Assembly: GCA_001002325.1 (NCBI GenBank)
Contig: LCNZ01000001.1
Location: 3,773-67,772 of the forward strand
DNA length: 64,000 nucleotides
Direction of reading: 5' to 3'
Origin: Candidatus Amesbacteria bacterium GW2011_GWB1_47_19
Lineage (GTDB): Bacteria > Patescibacteriota > Microgenomatia > CAZETR01 > Amesbacteraceae
Part shown: piece after piece, positions 40,099 through 50,231 of the stretch
How positions within the stretch are numbered: position 1 is the first letter of the stretch
How the letters are laid out: every line of letters starts with the position of its first letter
The notes under the pieces: model-generated
What the model saw: the letters and a program-made list of their open reading frames with translations, nothing else
Database searches by the model: none
Told to the model about the DNA's origin: nothing
Translations under genes and position numbers: made by a program

Positions 40099-41690
40099 GA
40101 GAGCGGGCAATTCCGATTAACTGAAAAAACACGGATACCGGAATCGGGGTTTTGGTAAACCGGAATGAACACGGTGCTCCAGAGATCCCAGTTGGGGGAA
40201 AGAAAGCCCTCCGGGTGGCGGTTGAGTTCGACATAAGCAATCCCGTACCGGTGCAAAAGTCGGCAAGCTTCAGTTTTTGAGACTGCGGAATAAACTGACT
40301 GCGTCTGTCTTTCCCGGGTAACCTGGTCATAACCGTAAGACCAGGTAAAGTAGGAGTAACCATTGAAAATCGGCCGACCGGCCAGAGAGGCGGGATGGTA
40401 TAGCCAGGTGCTGTTTAAAACGACGTCGCGGGGGGAGGTGGAAGTATAGAAAAAGGCGACATCTGGGTCGGAACCGATATCGGACAGCAGGAGTTTCTGG
40501 TCGTTTTTTACGGGAAAGAAATCGACAATTCCACCCATTACCAGGAATATCAGTAAGGCCGGTGTGATAATTTTTCCGACCCAGCCGGTGCGGAAAAGAG
40601 TGATAATGAAATGGGCTGAAAAGAGAAAACCAAAAAGCAGAAAGAAGTTGAAAAACTTGTGATTGTTGATCATGTCCGGGGAAAACTGCCAGATATTGGG
40701 GATGATGAACAATATGACCAGAGGGATAGCCAGCGCTTTGACCCGACGAGGGCTAAATATAAAACCTAAGGGAATTAGCACTGCATGAAGCCCGAAATTA
40801 TAAAACCAAAAGGTAATCCAGGAAATCCATGTTACCGGCTGAGGTGTCAGGAAGCCGGTTTTGATAAATAGAGAGGGGGTAATATGGACGGTATATCGGA
40901 AAAGTGAAAACCCGGGAAGAAAACCGAACATGGAATATATCAGGGGAAGGCGGAGGCGGGGACGAGCCAAGAAAAACCAGGCGACAAAGAGAAGGCAGAT
41001 AGCGAATACCGCATGATTGAGCAGAAGGAAGACGCCCAAGATAAAGCCTGAAAAATATGTCAATTTACGGTTTCCGGTAAACAGGATCCAGATTAATAAC
41101 AAAGCCAGAGCAAAAGAAGGAGCCAGATGCCGCTGATTGGTAAAAATATTTAAGTTCCAGAAAGCGGTGATTTGACCCCCGTCCCAGGGTCCGAAATTGG
41201 GAAATCTGGAGTTGGCGGCTATCTCAGACAATGTTCGGGTTGATAACGGGTGAAGTTTGAAAAATTTAATATAAGAGAGAGAGCCGTTGAAAAGGAAAAA
41301 CAAAACCGCGAGCAAGCCGGTGACGGTGGAAGAATAAAAATTTTTTCCCAACCGGATAAGAAAATGCAGAACCAGAAAAAATCCCAGGGCGCTGGGAATA
41401 TTCATGGCCCAGTCGAGACGAAGGCCGGATCTTTCCAGTAAACCAACCGCGATATAGAAAAGCGGGTGGTAGCGGATAGGTTCACCGGGGAAAAGCGGAT
41501 GTTCGACAGGCCAATTAAACCCGTGCGAAAAGGAACGGGTGAGCGGGATAAGTGCGCCAAAATCACTCCAGACCTTGTCGGAAATTACCAAAACCTGCCG
41601 GGAAGAATTGTAGGAAAAAGTGTGCCACATCAGCCAACACGAAAAAGCCAGAAGTACGCAATTAATTAAGAGTGTAACCACGCGGGCCAT
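40095..41690 (-). CDS. polytopic membrane protein, probable GT-C type
   Basis: WSDFG...P.FPGEPIRYH, many TMs, C-terminal LAGR..GY soluble domain. Confidence 0.6.
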   Translation of the reverse strand: MARVVTLLINCVLLAFSCWLMWHTFSYNSSRQVLVISDKVWSDFGALIPLTRSFSHGFNWPVEHPLFPGEPIRYHPLFYIAVGLLERSGLRLDWAMNIPSALGFFLVLHFLIRLGKNFYSSTVTGLLAVLFFLFNGSLSYIKFFKLHPLSTRTLSEIAANSRFPNFGPWDGGQITAFWNLNIFTNQRHLAPSFALALLLIWILFTGNRKLTYFSGFILGVFLLLNHAVFAICLLFVAWFFLARPRLRLPLIYSMFGFLPGFSLFRYTVHITPSLFIKTGFLTPQPVTWISWITFWFYNFGLHAVLIPLGFIFSPRRVKALAIPLVILFIIPNIWQFSPDMINNHKFFNFFLLFGFLFSAHFIITLFRTGWVGKIITPALLIFLVMGGIVDFFPVKNDQKLLLSDIGSDPDVAFFYTSTSPRDVVLNSTWLYHPASLAGRPIFNGYSYFTWSYGYDQVTRERQTQSVYSAVSKTEACRLLHRYGIAYVELNRHPEGFLSPNWDLWSTVFIPVYQNPDSGIRVFSVNRNCPLS

Positions 41691-41744
41691 GCGGATTAAA
41701 TTCTATCATCGAACTTATACCCGGCATACGGTTATAATCACACT

Positions 41745-43874
41745 GTGGGACAGGATGTAGTAATAATTTTGAGATGGTGGCTGGTTTTGGCCGGGGTCGG
41801 TGTGGCGGGATGGCCGGTAGCCAGAATGCTGTTTCCAAAATGGGGAGATGAGGGTTATTTCTCAGGCAAAATTATCGGTCTGGCCGGAGCCAGTTATCTG
41901 ATCTGGTGGCTGGGAAGCCTGAAGGTTTTGCCATTTACCTGGCTGGCAACTTTGGGGGCGGTGGCTGCTGTCGGCGCTGCTGGTTGGTGGTGGAGCAATA
42001 AAAGCCGGCTTAATTGGAAAAATATTCCTTTGAAAACCATAGCTTTTGAAGAAACGGCCTTTTTGGTAATTTTATTTTTCTGGAGCTGGGTTAAAGCCCA
42101 CGAACCGTCTATCAACGGTCTGGAAAAACTTATGGACTTTGGTTTTATGCGATCGATATTGAGGTCTACCTACTTTCCCCCGGCAGATATGTGGTTTTCA
42201 GGTCTGACAATAAATTACTACTATTTCGGCCACCTGATGGTGGCATTTATAACAAAATTGTCCGGAATTAACCTGGTGTATACATTCAATCTAATGCTGG
42301 GGACGATACTGGCCTTTGCTGCAACGATGAGTTATTCAATAGGTCGGGAACTATTAAGACACTTACCTAAACGATGGATGACGGGAGGGGCGATATTTAT
42401 CGCATTTTTGGTGAGTCTCTCAGGCAACATGCAAACGATTTATGCCTTTACTAAAGGGTACTGGGCGGAAATACCGCCTCCTTTCTGGACCATCTGGTCG
42501 GACTTTTCCAGCTGGAAAAATATCACAGACGGCTGGCACGCTTACTGGTATCCTAATGCGACCAGATTTATACCATATACCATCCATGAGTTTCCCAGCT
42601 ATTCGTTTGTGGTGTCGGATATCCATGGGCATGTATTGTCCATACCTTTGGCTTTATTGGCTATAGCTATGTTAGTAAATATTTTCCGGAGGGAGGAGAA
42701 AGAAATGCGATGGTGGGAGGGAGCAATTTTCGGAATGACGGCAGGTATGGCTTTTATGACTAATGCGTTGGACGGTCCGATATACCTCGGGCTATTTTGT
42801 ATCATGATTATCTTTTCAAGCTTAAATTTCCAAGTCGCAAACCTCAAACAATTGTTCAGAACTAAAATTATCAAAGGTCTGGCGGGGAAAATAGGAATAG
42901 TGGTACTGGCATTTGTGATTACAATCCTGCCTTTCATGCAGAATTTCAAATCGTTTGTGACGGGAGTGGCGGTTAATTGTCCGCCGAAGGAATTGGCCAA
43001 CACCAAATTTGGGCCGATCCTGTTTGAGGAAGTGGAAAAGTGCCAAAGGTCACCTCTGTGGATGATTCTGGTTTTGTGGGGGTTTTTTGCATATTGCGCC
43101 GGAAGTTTGTGGTTGTTTAAAGGTGACTCCAGGGAAAAATTGACAAAACAGGTATTACTGGTATGGGCGGTGTTCAGCCTGGGGCTGATAATATTTCCCG
43201 AATTTTTTTACTTTAAGGATATTTATCCTCAACACTTCAGGAGTAATACGATGTTCAAGCTGGGTTACCAAGTGTTTATGATGATGTCGATACTCTCCGG
43301 ATATACAATTGTCCAGATAGCGAGGACGAAGAGGACGTGGATTAAATATGTGTTTCTGGCAGGAGTAGCGCCGATGGTATTTTTGGTATCCATCTATCCT
43401 CAGTTTGGAGTGAGGGCATATTTCGAAGATTTAAAAACTTACCGGGGGCTATACGGATTGAATTGGATGAAGGACAGACTACCGGACGACCTGGCGGCAG
43501 TCAACTGGCTGAATGAGAACATTCCGGATTCACGCCAGCCGGTAATAGTGGAAGCGGCCGGCGACAGTTATACGGATTATGAAAGGGTCTCAGCGTTTAC
43601 GGGCCTGCCTACAGTGGCCGGGTGGGCGGTACACGAGTGGTTGTGGAGGGGAAGCTATGATCCCATCGGCGGGAGAATCGAGGAAGTACGGCAGTTGTAT
43701 GAGGCAATAGATGAATACCAGGTGAAAACCGTGCTGAATAAATATAACGTTGAATACCTGATTATCGGAAATCTGGAGAGACAAAAGTACCCGAGTATGA
43801 ATGAGGAGATCATCAGGAAGACGGCGACACCGGTTTTTACGTCGGGAACGACGACGGTTTATAAAGTTGAGTGA
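41745..43874 (+). CDS. DUF2298 / YYY-motif membrane protein (GT-C-like)
   Basis: EKLMDFGF, PP.DMW.SG..INYYYFG, IHEFPSYSF..DIHGH, RSNTMFK, TGLPTV.GW..HE..WR. Confidence 0.85.
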   Translation: MGQDVVIILRWWLVLAGVGVAGWPVARMLFPKWGDEGYFSGKIIGLAGASYLIWWLGSLKVLPFTWLATLGAVAAVGAAGWWWSNKSRLNWKNIPLKTIAFEETAFLVILFFWSWVKAHEPSINGLEKLMDFGFMRSILRSTYFPPADMWFSGLTINYYYFGHLMVAFITKLSGINLVYTFNLMLGTILAFAATMSYSIGRELLRHLPKRWMTGGAIFIAFLVSLSGNMQTIYAFTKGYWAEIPPPFWTIWSDFSSWKNITDGWHAYWYPNATRFIPYTIHEFPSYSFVVSDIHGHVLSIPLALLAIAMLVNIFRREEKEMRWWEGAIFGMTAGMAFMTNALDGPIYLGLFCIMIIFSSLNFQVANLKQLFRTKIIKGLAGKIGIVVLAFVITILPFMQNFKSFVTGVAVNCPPKELANTKFGPILFEEVEKCQRSPLWMILVLWGFFAYCAGSLWLFKGDSREKLTKQVLLVWAVFSLGLIIFPEFFYFKDIYPQHFRSNTMFKLGYQVFMMMSILSGYTIVQIARTKRTWIKYVFLAGVAPMVFLVSIYPQFGVRAYFEDLKTYRGLYGLNWMKDRLPDDLAAVNWLNENIPDSRQPVIVEAAGDSYTDYERVSAFTGLPTVAGWAVHEWLWRGSYDPIGGRIEEVRQLYEAIDEYQVKTVLNKYNVEYLIIGNLERQKYPSMNEEIIRKTATPVFTSGTTTVYKVE

Positions 43875-43879
43875 GTAAA

Positions 43880-45418
43880 CTAGTTTTTAATTCCTGTTTC
43901 CAAAAAGCCCAAACCGGTGTACCCGGCATTGGTTATTCCTGAAAAATATGCACTGGGTTCGAAAAATGATTTGGGGCCGACGGTATAGACCTGATTAGAA
44001 GAGAAGGCAATTCCTTGGGGGTTCCCCAAACCCAACTGGTCGAACTTAAAGAGCCAGTTTGTGGGATAGCCTCCAGGACTATACGAATTAATGGCCACTT
44101 CTCCCCCGCCGCCACAGAAACTACTCCCGTTAAAATTCCTTTTCACCCAATAGTTATATCTGGGACCGGAAGTGAATATTTGGGTTACGAATGCTGCTGC
44201 TGCGTGAGCCCCCGAGTCGTATACACTACTCCCTGTAGTATAGTGGAAACTTGACCAGTAATGGCCTTTCCAATCAGAAGCGGGAAGGGAGCTGAACCAC
44301 TGGTGATCAAACCAGGCTTTCCCGGCCACAACCTTCCTGGTAACTTTGTTTACGTCGGTGATGGTGCCGGTGATATCCAAGTCGGGCATGCTGTAATAGA
44401 GAGTATCGAGGGGATTAAATACTGAAATACGGCCGGTGCATCCCCACAACAAGGGGGTGTTTCCTCCGCTTTTTACAGTTCTCTCTTTTAGTACCAGATT
44501 TAGGGTTCCCATCTGAGGAGTTGTTCCCGTGAGGGTGAATTGTTTGGCTCCATTGGCTAAAGGGGTTTGTTCCTTTAAAACCATGTACACTGAACCCGAA
44601 TAGTTTACTTGCAGTAAGTTGTTTATTAGATTCACACTAAGTTTACCCCCACCGGCAGTGGCTTGGGCAAATGATTTGGTAGTGTTATCAAACCGACTGC
44701 TCAGAAGTCCGTTTGTACCGAATATCCGGGAGAATGAAATCAGATACCCTAAGTCTTTTTGATTACTTCCGTTGATTTCAACAGTCCTGACCAGCAGATT
44801 TAAATACCACCACTCGTTCGAATACCCGGGGTGTGCCGCGTGATCTTTGGGGAAAACGACTGAAGGGAGAATTGAAAAACTTCTAACACATTTCGGATCC
44901 GCCAGAGAAAAACTTCCGTCAGTCAATCCAAAATAACCATTTACCTGGATCCGCATTGGGAATTGACTGCCAAAATTTTCATCCGGTCGGAATAAGTCGT
45001 CGTACTTTATGGTGAAAGTACAAGTGTTGTTGTTTTTGATACAGTCAGTCCGATGATAATGTATCCCAGAGAAATAAACAGGCTTGGGATTACCAGGGCT
45101 GAAGAGATTATCCAAATTATAGAAAGCCAACATGAAATAACTGATGGATGAAGCTGGTGGAGTTCCAGTCAAGGTGAATGTCAGGAAGTTGCCGGACGAG
45201 CTGTTTAAACTCTGCGAGGAAACAGTCAGACCTGAACAGACGGCCGAACGCGGAGCCGATTGTGCCAGGCTGGTATCCGGACCGAACGGAGAGATGGAAA
45301 TTCCTGAAGTTTGGGAGAACTGCCGGGTAAGGAGAATAACGATGATAGCGGTAATGATTGTAAATACAGCAGTTCCGGTTACTCCGCTAAAGCTTTTGGT
45401 TTGTCTGGATAGTTCCAT
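43880..45418 (-). CDS. exported protein with CrtC/AttH-like (lipocalin-like) domain
   Basis: FPKDHAAHP..SNEWWY, LYYSMP, GKAWFDHQW; N-terminal TM; start re-assigned to ATG 45418. Confidence 0.7.
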   Translation of the reverse strand: MELSRQTKSFSGVTGTAVFTIITAIIVILLTRQFSQTSGISISPFGPDTSLAQSAPRSAVCSGLTVSSQSLNSSSGNFLTFTLTGTPPASSISYFMLAFYNLDNLFSPGNPKPVYFSGIHYHRTDCIKNNNTCTFTIKYDDLFRPDENFGSQFPMRIQVNGYFGLTDGSFSLADPKCVRSFSILPSVVFPKDHAAHPGYSNEWWYLNLLVRTVEINGSNQKDLGYLISFSRIFGTNGLLSSRFDNTTKSFAQATAGGGKLSVNLINNLLQVNYSGSVYMVLKEQTPLANGAKQFTLTGTTPQMGTLNLVLKERTVKSGGNTPLLWGCTGRISVFNPLDTLYYSMPDLDITGTITDVNKVTRKVVAGKAWFDHQWFSSLPASDWKGHYWSSFHYTTGSSVYDSGAHAAAAFVTQIFTSGPRYNYWVKRNFNGSSFCGGGGEVAINSYSPGGYPTNWLFKFDQLGLGNPQGIAFSSNQVYTVGPKSFFEPSAYFSGITNAGYTGLGFLETGIKN

Positions 45419-45456
45419 CGAAGATTTGTTTATAATATGATACACCCCACAGAGGG

Positions 45457-46503
45457 CTACTTGAGGAGGGAGGAGACAAAACCGGTAACTATCTGAGAAT
45501 CGTTGTTTTTGGTAATGAGGACCCATTGGCCCCCATAGACTGCTGAGACGGGAGGATGGGAAAGTTGATCCGGTTCGGAAAGAGCCGCGGTTTTTAATGA
45601 TTGGCGACGGGCTCTGAAGGCGAGTTTGGCCAGAGCAAAATAGTACCCTTGGGTAATATCGGTGACTGATTCTGAAAGGAATAAATCATACAACTCACGA
45701 TAAACTGCGGGGTGGGTGATAATTTCCCGGGACAGCAGCCGGTTTTTGAACGCGGAAATAACCTGTTCCTGACGACGGTTGCGAGCGAAATCGGTACCTT
45801 CTTCGGGGTCAGCGGAATTACGGGAGCGAACGTATTTAAGAGCCGTGTTGCCGTCATGATGCTGCTGTCCGGCGTCGAAATGTACGTGTTCGTAACGGCA
45901 AAGATATTCGGGGTCCCCGGCGCATAAATCGTTTTCCTTACCCGGCAGGGGATATTTATAATCATCAAAAGAGCGGGGAATATCTAAATCTATTCCCCCC
46001 ACGAGATCAATGGCTTTGGAAAAGGTACCAAAATCCAGAACTACTGCCAAATGGACGGGCTGGTCGATGATTTCCGACACTGCAGCCTTAGCCAGAGTTA
46101 ATCCCCCGGAGGGACCTTGCTTTTTTTTGCCGTAATAGTAGGCAGTGTTAATCTTGGCCTTGAGGGAAGGAACCCAAATATCCCGGGGTAAGGACAGAAG
46201 GACAGGATCGGTACCCCGGGTGCGGATGGAAAAAAATAATATGGTATCGGTTAAATCCGGGGCTTCGTGCCCGTCGCCTCCCACTCCGAGGACAAGAATG
46301 TTGGTCCGCCCACCGGACGAAGGCAAGGCCATGGAGGAGAAGGACCGGATATAATAAAAGGGTGAACTTAAAACAAACCAGACCAGGGCAATACAGGCAA
46401 GCACAAGCACGACAAGCACTGCACGCATCAAGTTTACATGGGAAAGAAGTTGGCGCTTGAGTCGGTTGATTAGAGTAGGTATTCTGGTAAGCTGCATGGG
46501 CAT
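45457..46503 (-). CDS. LCP (LytR-CpsA-Psr) family glycopolymer ligase
   Basis: NILVLG, TDTI, SLPRD, KIN.AY, ALKYVRSR, DFAR.RRQ; exact start uncertain. Confidence 0.92.
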   Translation of the reverse strand: MPMQLTRIPTLINRLKRQLLSHVNLMRAVLVVLVLACIALVWFVLSSPFYYIRSFSSMALPSSGGRTNILVLGVGGDGHEAPDLTDTILFFSIRTRGTDPVLLSLPRDIWVPSLKAKINTAYYYGKKKQGPSGGLTLAKAAVSEIIDQPVHLAVVLDFGTFSKAIDLVGGIDLDIPRSFDDYKYPLPGKENDLCAGDPEYLCRYEHVHFDAGQQHHDGNTALKYVRSRNSADPEEGTDFARNRRQEQVISAFKNRLLSREIITHPAVYRELYDLFLSESVTDITQGYYFALAKLAFRARRQSLKTAALSEPDQLSHPPVSAVYGGQWVLITKNNDSQIVTGFVSSLLK

Positions 46504-48385
46504 GGAGATTTTACGGGAATTGAACCCGGCGCAACAAGAGGCGGTTAAGTTCAGCGGTGGGCCGCTGTTGATTTTGGCCGGGGCAGGAAGCGGAAAAACG
46601 CGGGTCCTGACTTACCGGGTAGCGTACATGATCGGTGAGGGGGGGGTAAACCCTGAGAATGTGCTGCTGCTGACATTTACCAATAAAGCGGCAGGGGAAA
46701 TGATGGGAAGAGTGGACAACCTGTTGGCAAGACACAAATCCCAAGCTATAAGTCAGAAAGTGACAGGAGGTACTTTCCATAGTTTTTGCGCCAGGGTGCT
46801 GCGCAGGTATGCGGATGAGGCGGGTGTTGACCGGAATTTCGTAATTTTTGACGAAAGGGACCAACTGGATACAGTAAGACAGGTTATGACGGTGCTGGGA
46901 ATTGATCCCAAAAGCATCAGGCCGGGATCGATTTTGGGGGCAATTGGAGGGGCAAAAAATGAGCTGATCGGTCCGGCCGAATACACATCTTTTACCAGGG
47001 GTTCTTTTACCAATACTGTGGCTCGAGTTTATCCTGTTTACCAGCAACTGCTGACTAAATACCGGGCTCTGGATTTTGACGATTTACTGGTAAAGACAGT
47101 TGCACTGCTGAAAAATGAACAAGGTGTACTAAAAAAACTGACAGGTCAGTTCAGATATGTTCTGGTGGATGAATACCAAGACACGAATAAAGCGCAGTAT
47201 GAAATCACAAAAATGTTGGGTCGGGGGTACAGGCAATTGACGGTGGTGGGAGATGCCGCCCAAGCCATTTATTCCTGGCGGGGAGCAGATTACCGGAACT
47301 TACTGCTGTTAAAACAGGATTTTCCCGACCTGACGATTTTAAATCTGGAACAAAATTACCGGTCGACGCAAAATATTCTGTCGGCGGCCAATCGGGTGGT
47401 AGCAAAAAATACTGACCATCCGATACTGAAACTGTGGACAGACAGGGGAGAGGGAGAAAAAATTACCGTGTACGAAGCTGAAAATGAGCTTATGGAAGCC
47501 CAATATGTATTAGATAGACTGACGAGTGATATATTCTCGGATTTTGCGGTATTGTACAGAACAAACGCGCAATCGCGGGTATTGGAAGAGGCCTTTTTAC
47601 ATGCCGGAATCCCCTATTCGCTGGTAGGCGGAGTCAGGTTTTATGAACGCAAGGAAATCAAGGATATACTGGCTTATTTACGATTGGTGGTTAATCCGGG
47701 GGATGAGGTGGCCAGAAAGAGAGCGGAAAAATCAGGTAAAACCAGGTTAAATAAATTTTCAGATACCAATTTTCAATTTTTAAAAAGAAAGACCCTGGAT
47801 TTATTGGATGAGGTGCTTAAGGTCACGGGATACCTGGATCAGTTTGAACAAATGGACGAGGAGGATGCCGCCCGGTTGGAAAACGTCAAGGAGTTGAGAA
47901 GTGTGGCGATGGAGTTTGACGATCCGGCTGAATTTTTGGAACAGATAACGCTTACAGAGCGGGAGAGTAGAAGAGCAGGAGAGTATAAGTCGGGATCAGT
48001 GACGTTGATGACATTACATGCAGCGAAGGGATTGGAGTTTAAAACGGTGTTTATGGTGGGGATGGAAGAGGGATTATTCCCCCATTCCAGGGCTTTTATG
48101 GACAGGGGTCAAATGGAAGAAGAGCGCAGGCTGTGTTACGTGGGCATGACCAGGGCCATGGATAAATTACATATGACATATGCCAGACAAAGGTTATATT
48201 TCGGACAGAGAACAAATAATCCGGTGTCGCGGTTTGTGGCAGATATTCCGGAAGATTATATTGTTGCCGGTAATGTCCGTTCGACCGGCAAGGCTGGATT
48301 TGCGAAACGATTTGAAAAGGAAAGCTGGGGTTTTGACGAGGAAGGAAACTGGAAATGGAAACCGGAGGAGGAGATAAACTTTTAA
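46502..48385 (+). CDS. pcrA: ATP-dependent DNA helicase PcrA/UvrD (shortened)
   Basis: LN.AQ, AGAGSGKTRVLT, DEYQDTN, QNYRST, TLHAAKGLEF, EERRL.YV; start 46496 or 46502. Confidence 0.93.
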   Translation: MEILRELNPAQQEAVKFSGGPLLILAGAGSGKTRVLTYRVAYMIGEGGVNPENVLLLTFTNKAAGEMMGRVDNLLARHKSQAISQKVTGGTFHSFCARVLRRYADEAGVDRNFVIFDERDQLDTVRQVMTVLGIDPKSIRPGSILGAIGGAKNELIGPAEYTSFTRGSFTNTVARVYPVYQQLLTKYRALDFDDLLVKTVALLKNEQGVLKKLTGQFRYVLVDEYQDTNKAQYEITKMLGRGYRQLTVVGDAAQAIYSWRGADYRNLLLLKQDFPDLTILNLEQNYRSTQNILSAANRVVAKNTDHPILKLWTDRGEGEKITVYEAENELMEAQYVLDRLTSDIFSDFAVLYRTNAQSRVLEEAFLHAGIPYSLVGGVRFYERKEIKDILAYLRLVVNPGDEVARKRAEKSGKTRLNKFSDTNFQFLKRKTLDLLDEVLKVTGYLDQFEQMDEEDAARLENVKELRSVAMEFDDPAEFLEQITLTERESRRAGEYKSGSVTLMTLHAAKGLEFKTVFMVGMEEGLFPHSRAFMDRGQMEEERRLCYVGMTRAMDKLHMTYARQRLYFGQRTNNPVSRFVADIPEDYIVAGNVRSTGKAGFAKRFEKESWGFDEEGNWKWKPEEEINF

Positions 48386-48440
48386 TTTCTAATTACTAAT
48401 TTCTAATTTCTAAATAAATTCAAAATTCCAATAATCAAAC
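48383..48440. repeat. intergenic heptamer array
   Basis: taatttc taattac taatttc taatttc taaataa attcaaa attccaa taatcaa ac. Confidence 0.85.
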
Positions 48441-48453
48441 GTATAATTGGCAG

Positions 48454-49389
48454 GTGGATATAAAAGATGAATGGAATGAAGGAGTGACGCATCCGCTGCA
48501 GAGTTGGGAGTGGGGGGAATTCCGGGCCAAGAGACAGCCTGTTAGCAGGATAGAGGGTTTTTTAATTGTTTGGACAAAGGTTCCATACACTCCATTTACT
48601 TTCGGGTATATTCCTATGGGAAGAGCCCCAAATGAAATAGAAATTGAGAAAATAAGGGAGGAAGGTCGAAAAATGAGAGCGATCGGGATAAGAATAGAGC
48701 CAAACCTCAAGCGTGGGGAATTAACCAATTTTCAATTTTCAATTTTCAATAAATTTTTCAAACCCGGGAGACATTTATTTAAACCGAAAACGTTGCTTTT
48801 GGATCTGACAAAGAGTGAAGAAGAGCTGCTGGCGAACATGCATCCGAAAGGCAGATACAATATAAAAGTAGCCCAACGATATGGTGTAAAAGCCCACGAA
48901 GACAGTTCAAGTTCAAAAGCTTTTGATGTTTATCTAAAACTGATGTTCGAAGGAACGGCAAAAAGACAAAAAATTTATGCACATTCGGGAGATTATCACA
49001 GACAAATGTGGAATGTGTTGCGACCAGCCGGGATAGCTCATCTATTTACGGCAAAATATAAAGACAGAATAATTGCTTTAGCGATGATATTTAAATTTAA
49101 AGAAACGGCTTATTACGCTTATGGGGCTTCAGCGCTGGAACACAAGGAAGTGATGGCGCCGACACTGCTGTTATGGGAGGCAATCCGATGGAGTAAGCAG
49201 TCAGGGTGCACGGTATTTGATTTGTGGGGGGCGGAAGGAGGAAAAGGTTTTTCCAGATTTAAAGAACAATTCGGGGGACAACCGGTCAAACTGGCGGGAA
49301 CTTTTGATCTGCCGGTCGATCTCCTGCTTTATTTATTATTCAGAGCGGCAGAGGCAGCGCGATGGAAAATACTACGAATCTTCAAATAA
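48454..49389 (+). CDS. FemABX-family peptidoglycan peptidyltransferase
   Basis: HPLQSWEWGEF, LDLTKSEEELL, RYNI, YAYGAS, FDLWG, FKEQFGG. Confidence 0.9.
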   Translation: MDIKDEWNEGVTHPLQSWEWGEFRAKRQPVSRIEGFLIVWTKVPYTPFTFGYIPMGRAPNEIEIEKIREEGRKMRAIGIRIEPNLKRGELTNFQFSIFNKFFKPGRHLFKPKTLLLDLTKSEEELLANMHPKGRYNIKVAQRYGVKAHEDSSSSKAFDVYLKLMFEGTAKRQKIYAHSGDYHRQMWNVLRPAGIAHLFTAKYKDRIIALAMIFKFKETAYYAYGASALEHKEVMAPTLLLWEAIRWSKQSGCTVFDLWGAEGGKGFSRFKEQFGGQPVKLAGTFDLPVDLLLYLLFRAAEAARWKILRIFK

Positions 49390-50231
49390 TTGAAGATGTA
49401 AGACAAAGCGCGGAGTACGGTGAGTATACGAAGAGGATAGGATGGAAAACAATTCAGGTCACTAGCCCCAAGTCACAAAACCAAATATTCTTAAGAAAAC
49501 TGGGGCCGGTAAGTGTGGTTAAAATACAAAGAGTATATTTGCCACTGCCTTGGGAGGAAATTGAGGAGGTTTTGAAAGAAAACAGAGTGATGATGTGTAA
49601 ATTGGAACCATTAAGATTTGGCCCAGAATTCACGATTCATGATTTGAGAAACCGGGGATGGAAATTGGATAAATGGCCACTAATCGGAGCGAAAACACTG
49701 AGAATAAGTTTAAGTCCAAGTTTAAGTTCAATAATGTCGGGGTTTAAGAAGGACGCGAGGTACTGTATTCGACAGGTTACAAACCTCAATCCACAAATCA
49801 CAAAAAATAATTTTGATAAATTTTTTGAAATCTGGAGGGAGGCGAACAGAATTAAACGTTTATGGACACCGAAGAAAAAAGATTACCAAAGCCTGGTGGA
49901 TTCTTTCGGGAAGAAATGTTTTTGCGTGATGGTAAATGACTTGGCCGGGTGTCTGGTGTTGATGCATGAAAGGATGGCGTATTATTTTTATTCCGGTGCT
50001 CTGCCTGAGGGAAAGGTTAGAAACCTACCCTATCTGGTGGCCTGGGAAGCCATGAAAGAAGCCAAAATAAGGGGCTGTCTGGTGTGGGACTGGGAAGGTA
50101 TATACGACACCAGATGGCCGAACAAGGGGTGGCGGGGGTTTTCGCATTTTAAAAAAAGCTTCGGGGGAGAAGAGGTCCAATTTCCGGGAAGTTTCAACCG
50201 CTGGATGTGGCCATATCGCAAAGGGTTTTGA
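49362..50231 (+). CDS. second, divergent FemABX-family protein
   Basis: RQS.EY, KDARY.IR, WEAMKEAK, WRGFSHFKKSFGG. Confidence 0.8.
   Translation: MENTTNLQIIEDVRQSAEYGEYTKRIGWKTIQVTSPKSQNQIFLRKLGPVSVVKIQRVYLPLPWEEIEEVLKENRVMMCKLEPLRFGPEFTIHDLRNRGWKLDKWPLIGAKTLRISLSPSLSSIMSGFKKDARYCIRQVTNLNPQITKNNFDKFFEIWREANRIKRLWTPKKKDYQSLVDSFGKKCFCVMVNDLAGCLVLMHERMAYYFYSGALPEGKVRNLPYLVAWEAMKEAKIRGCLVWDWEGIYDTRWPNKGWRGFSHFKKSFGGEEVQFPGSFNRWMWPYRKGF

Noticed and set aside
48383-48440. Short repeat arrays as a possible CRISPR
   Set aside because: 7-nt tandem units without unique spacers and no cas genes; the Cas4-like domain is part of the helicase
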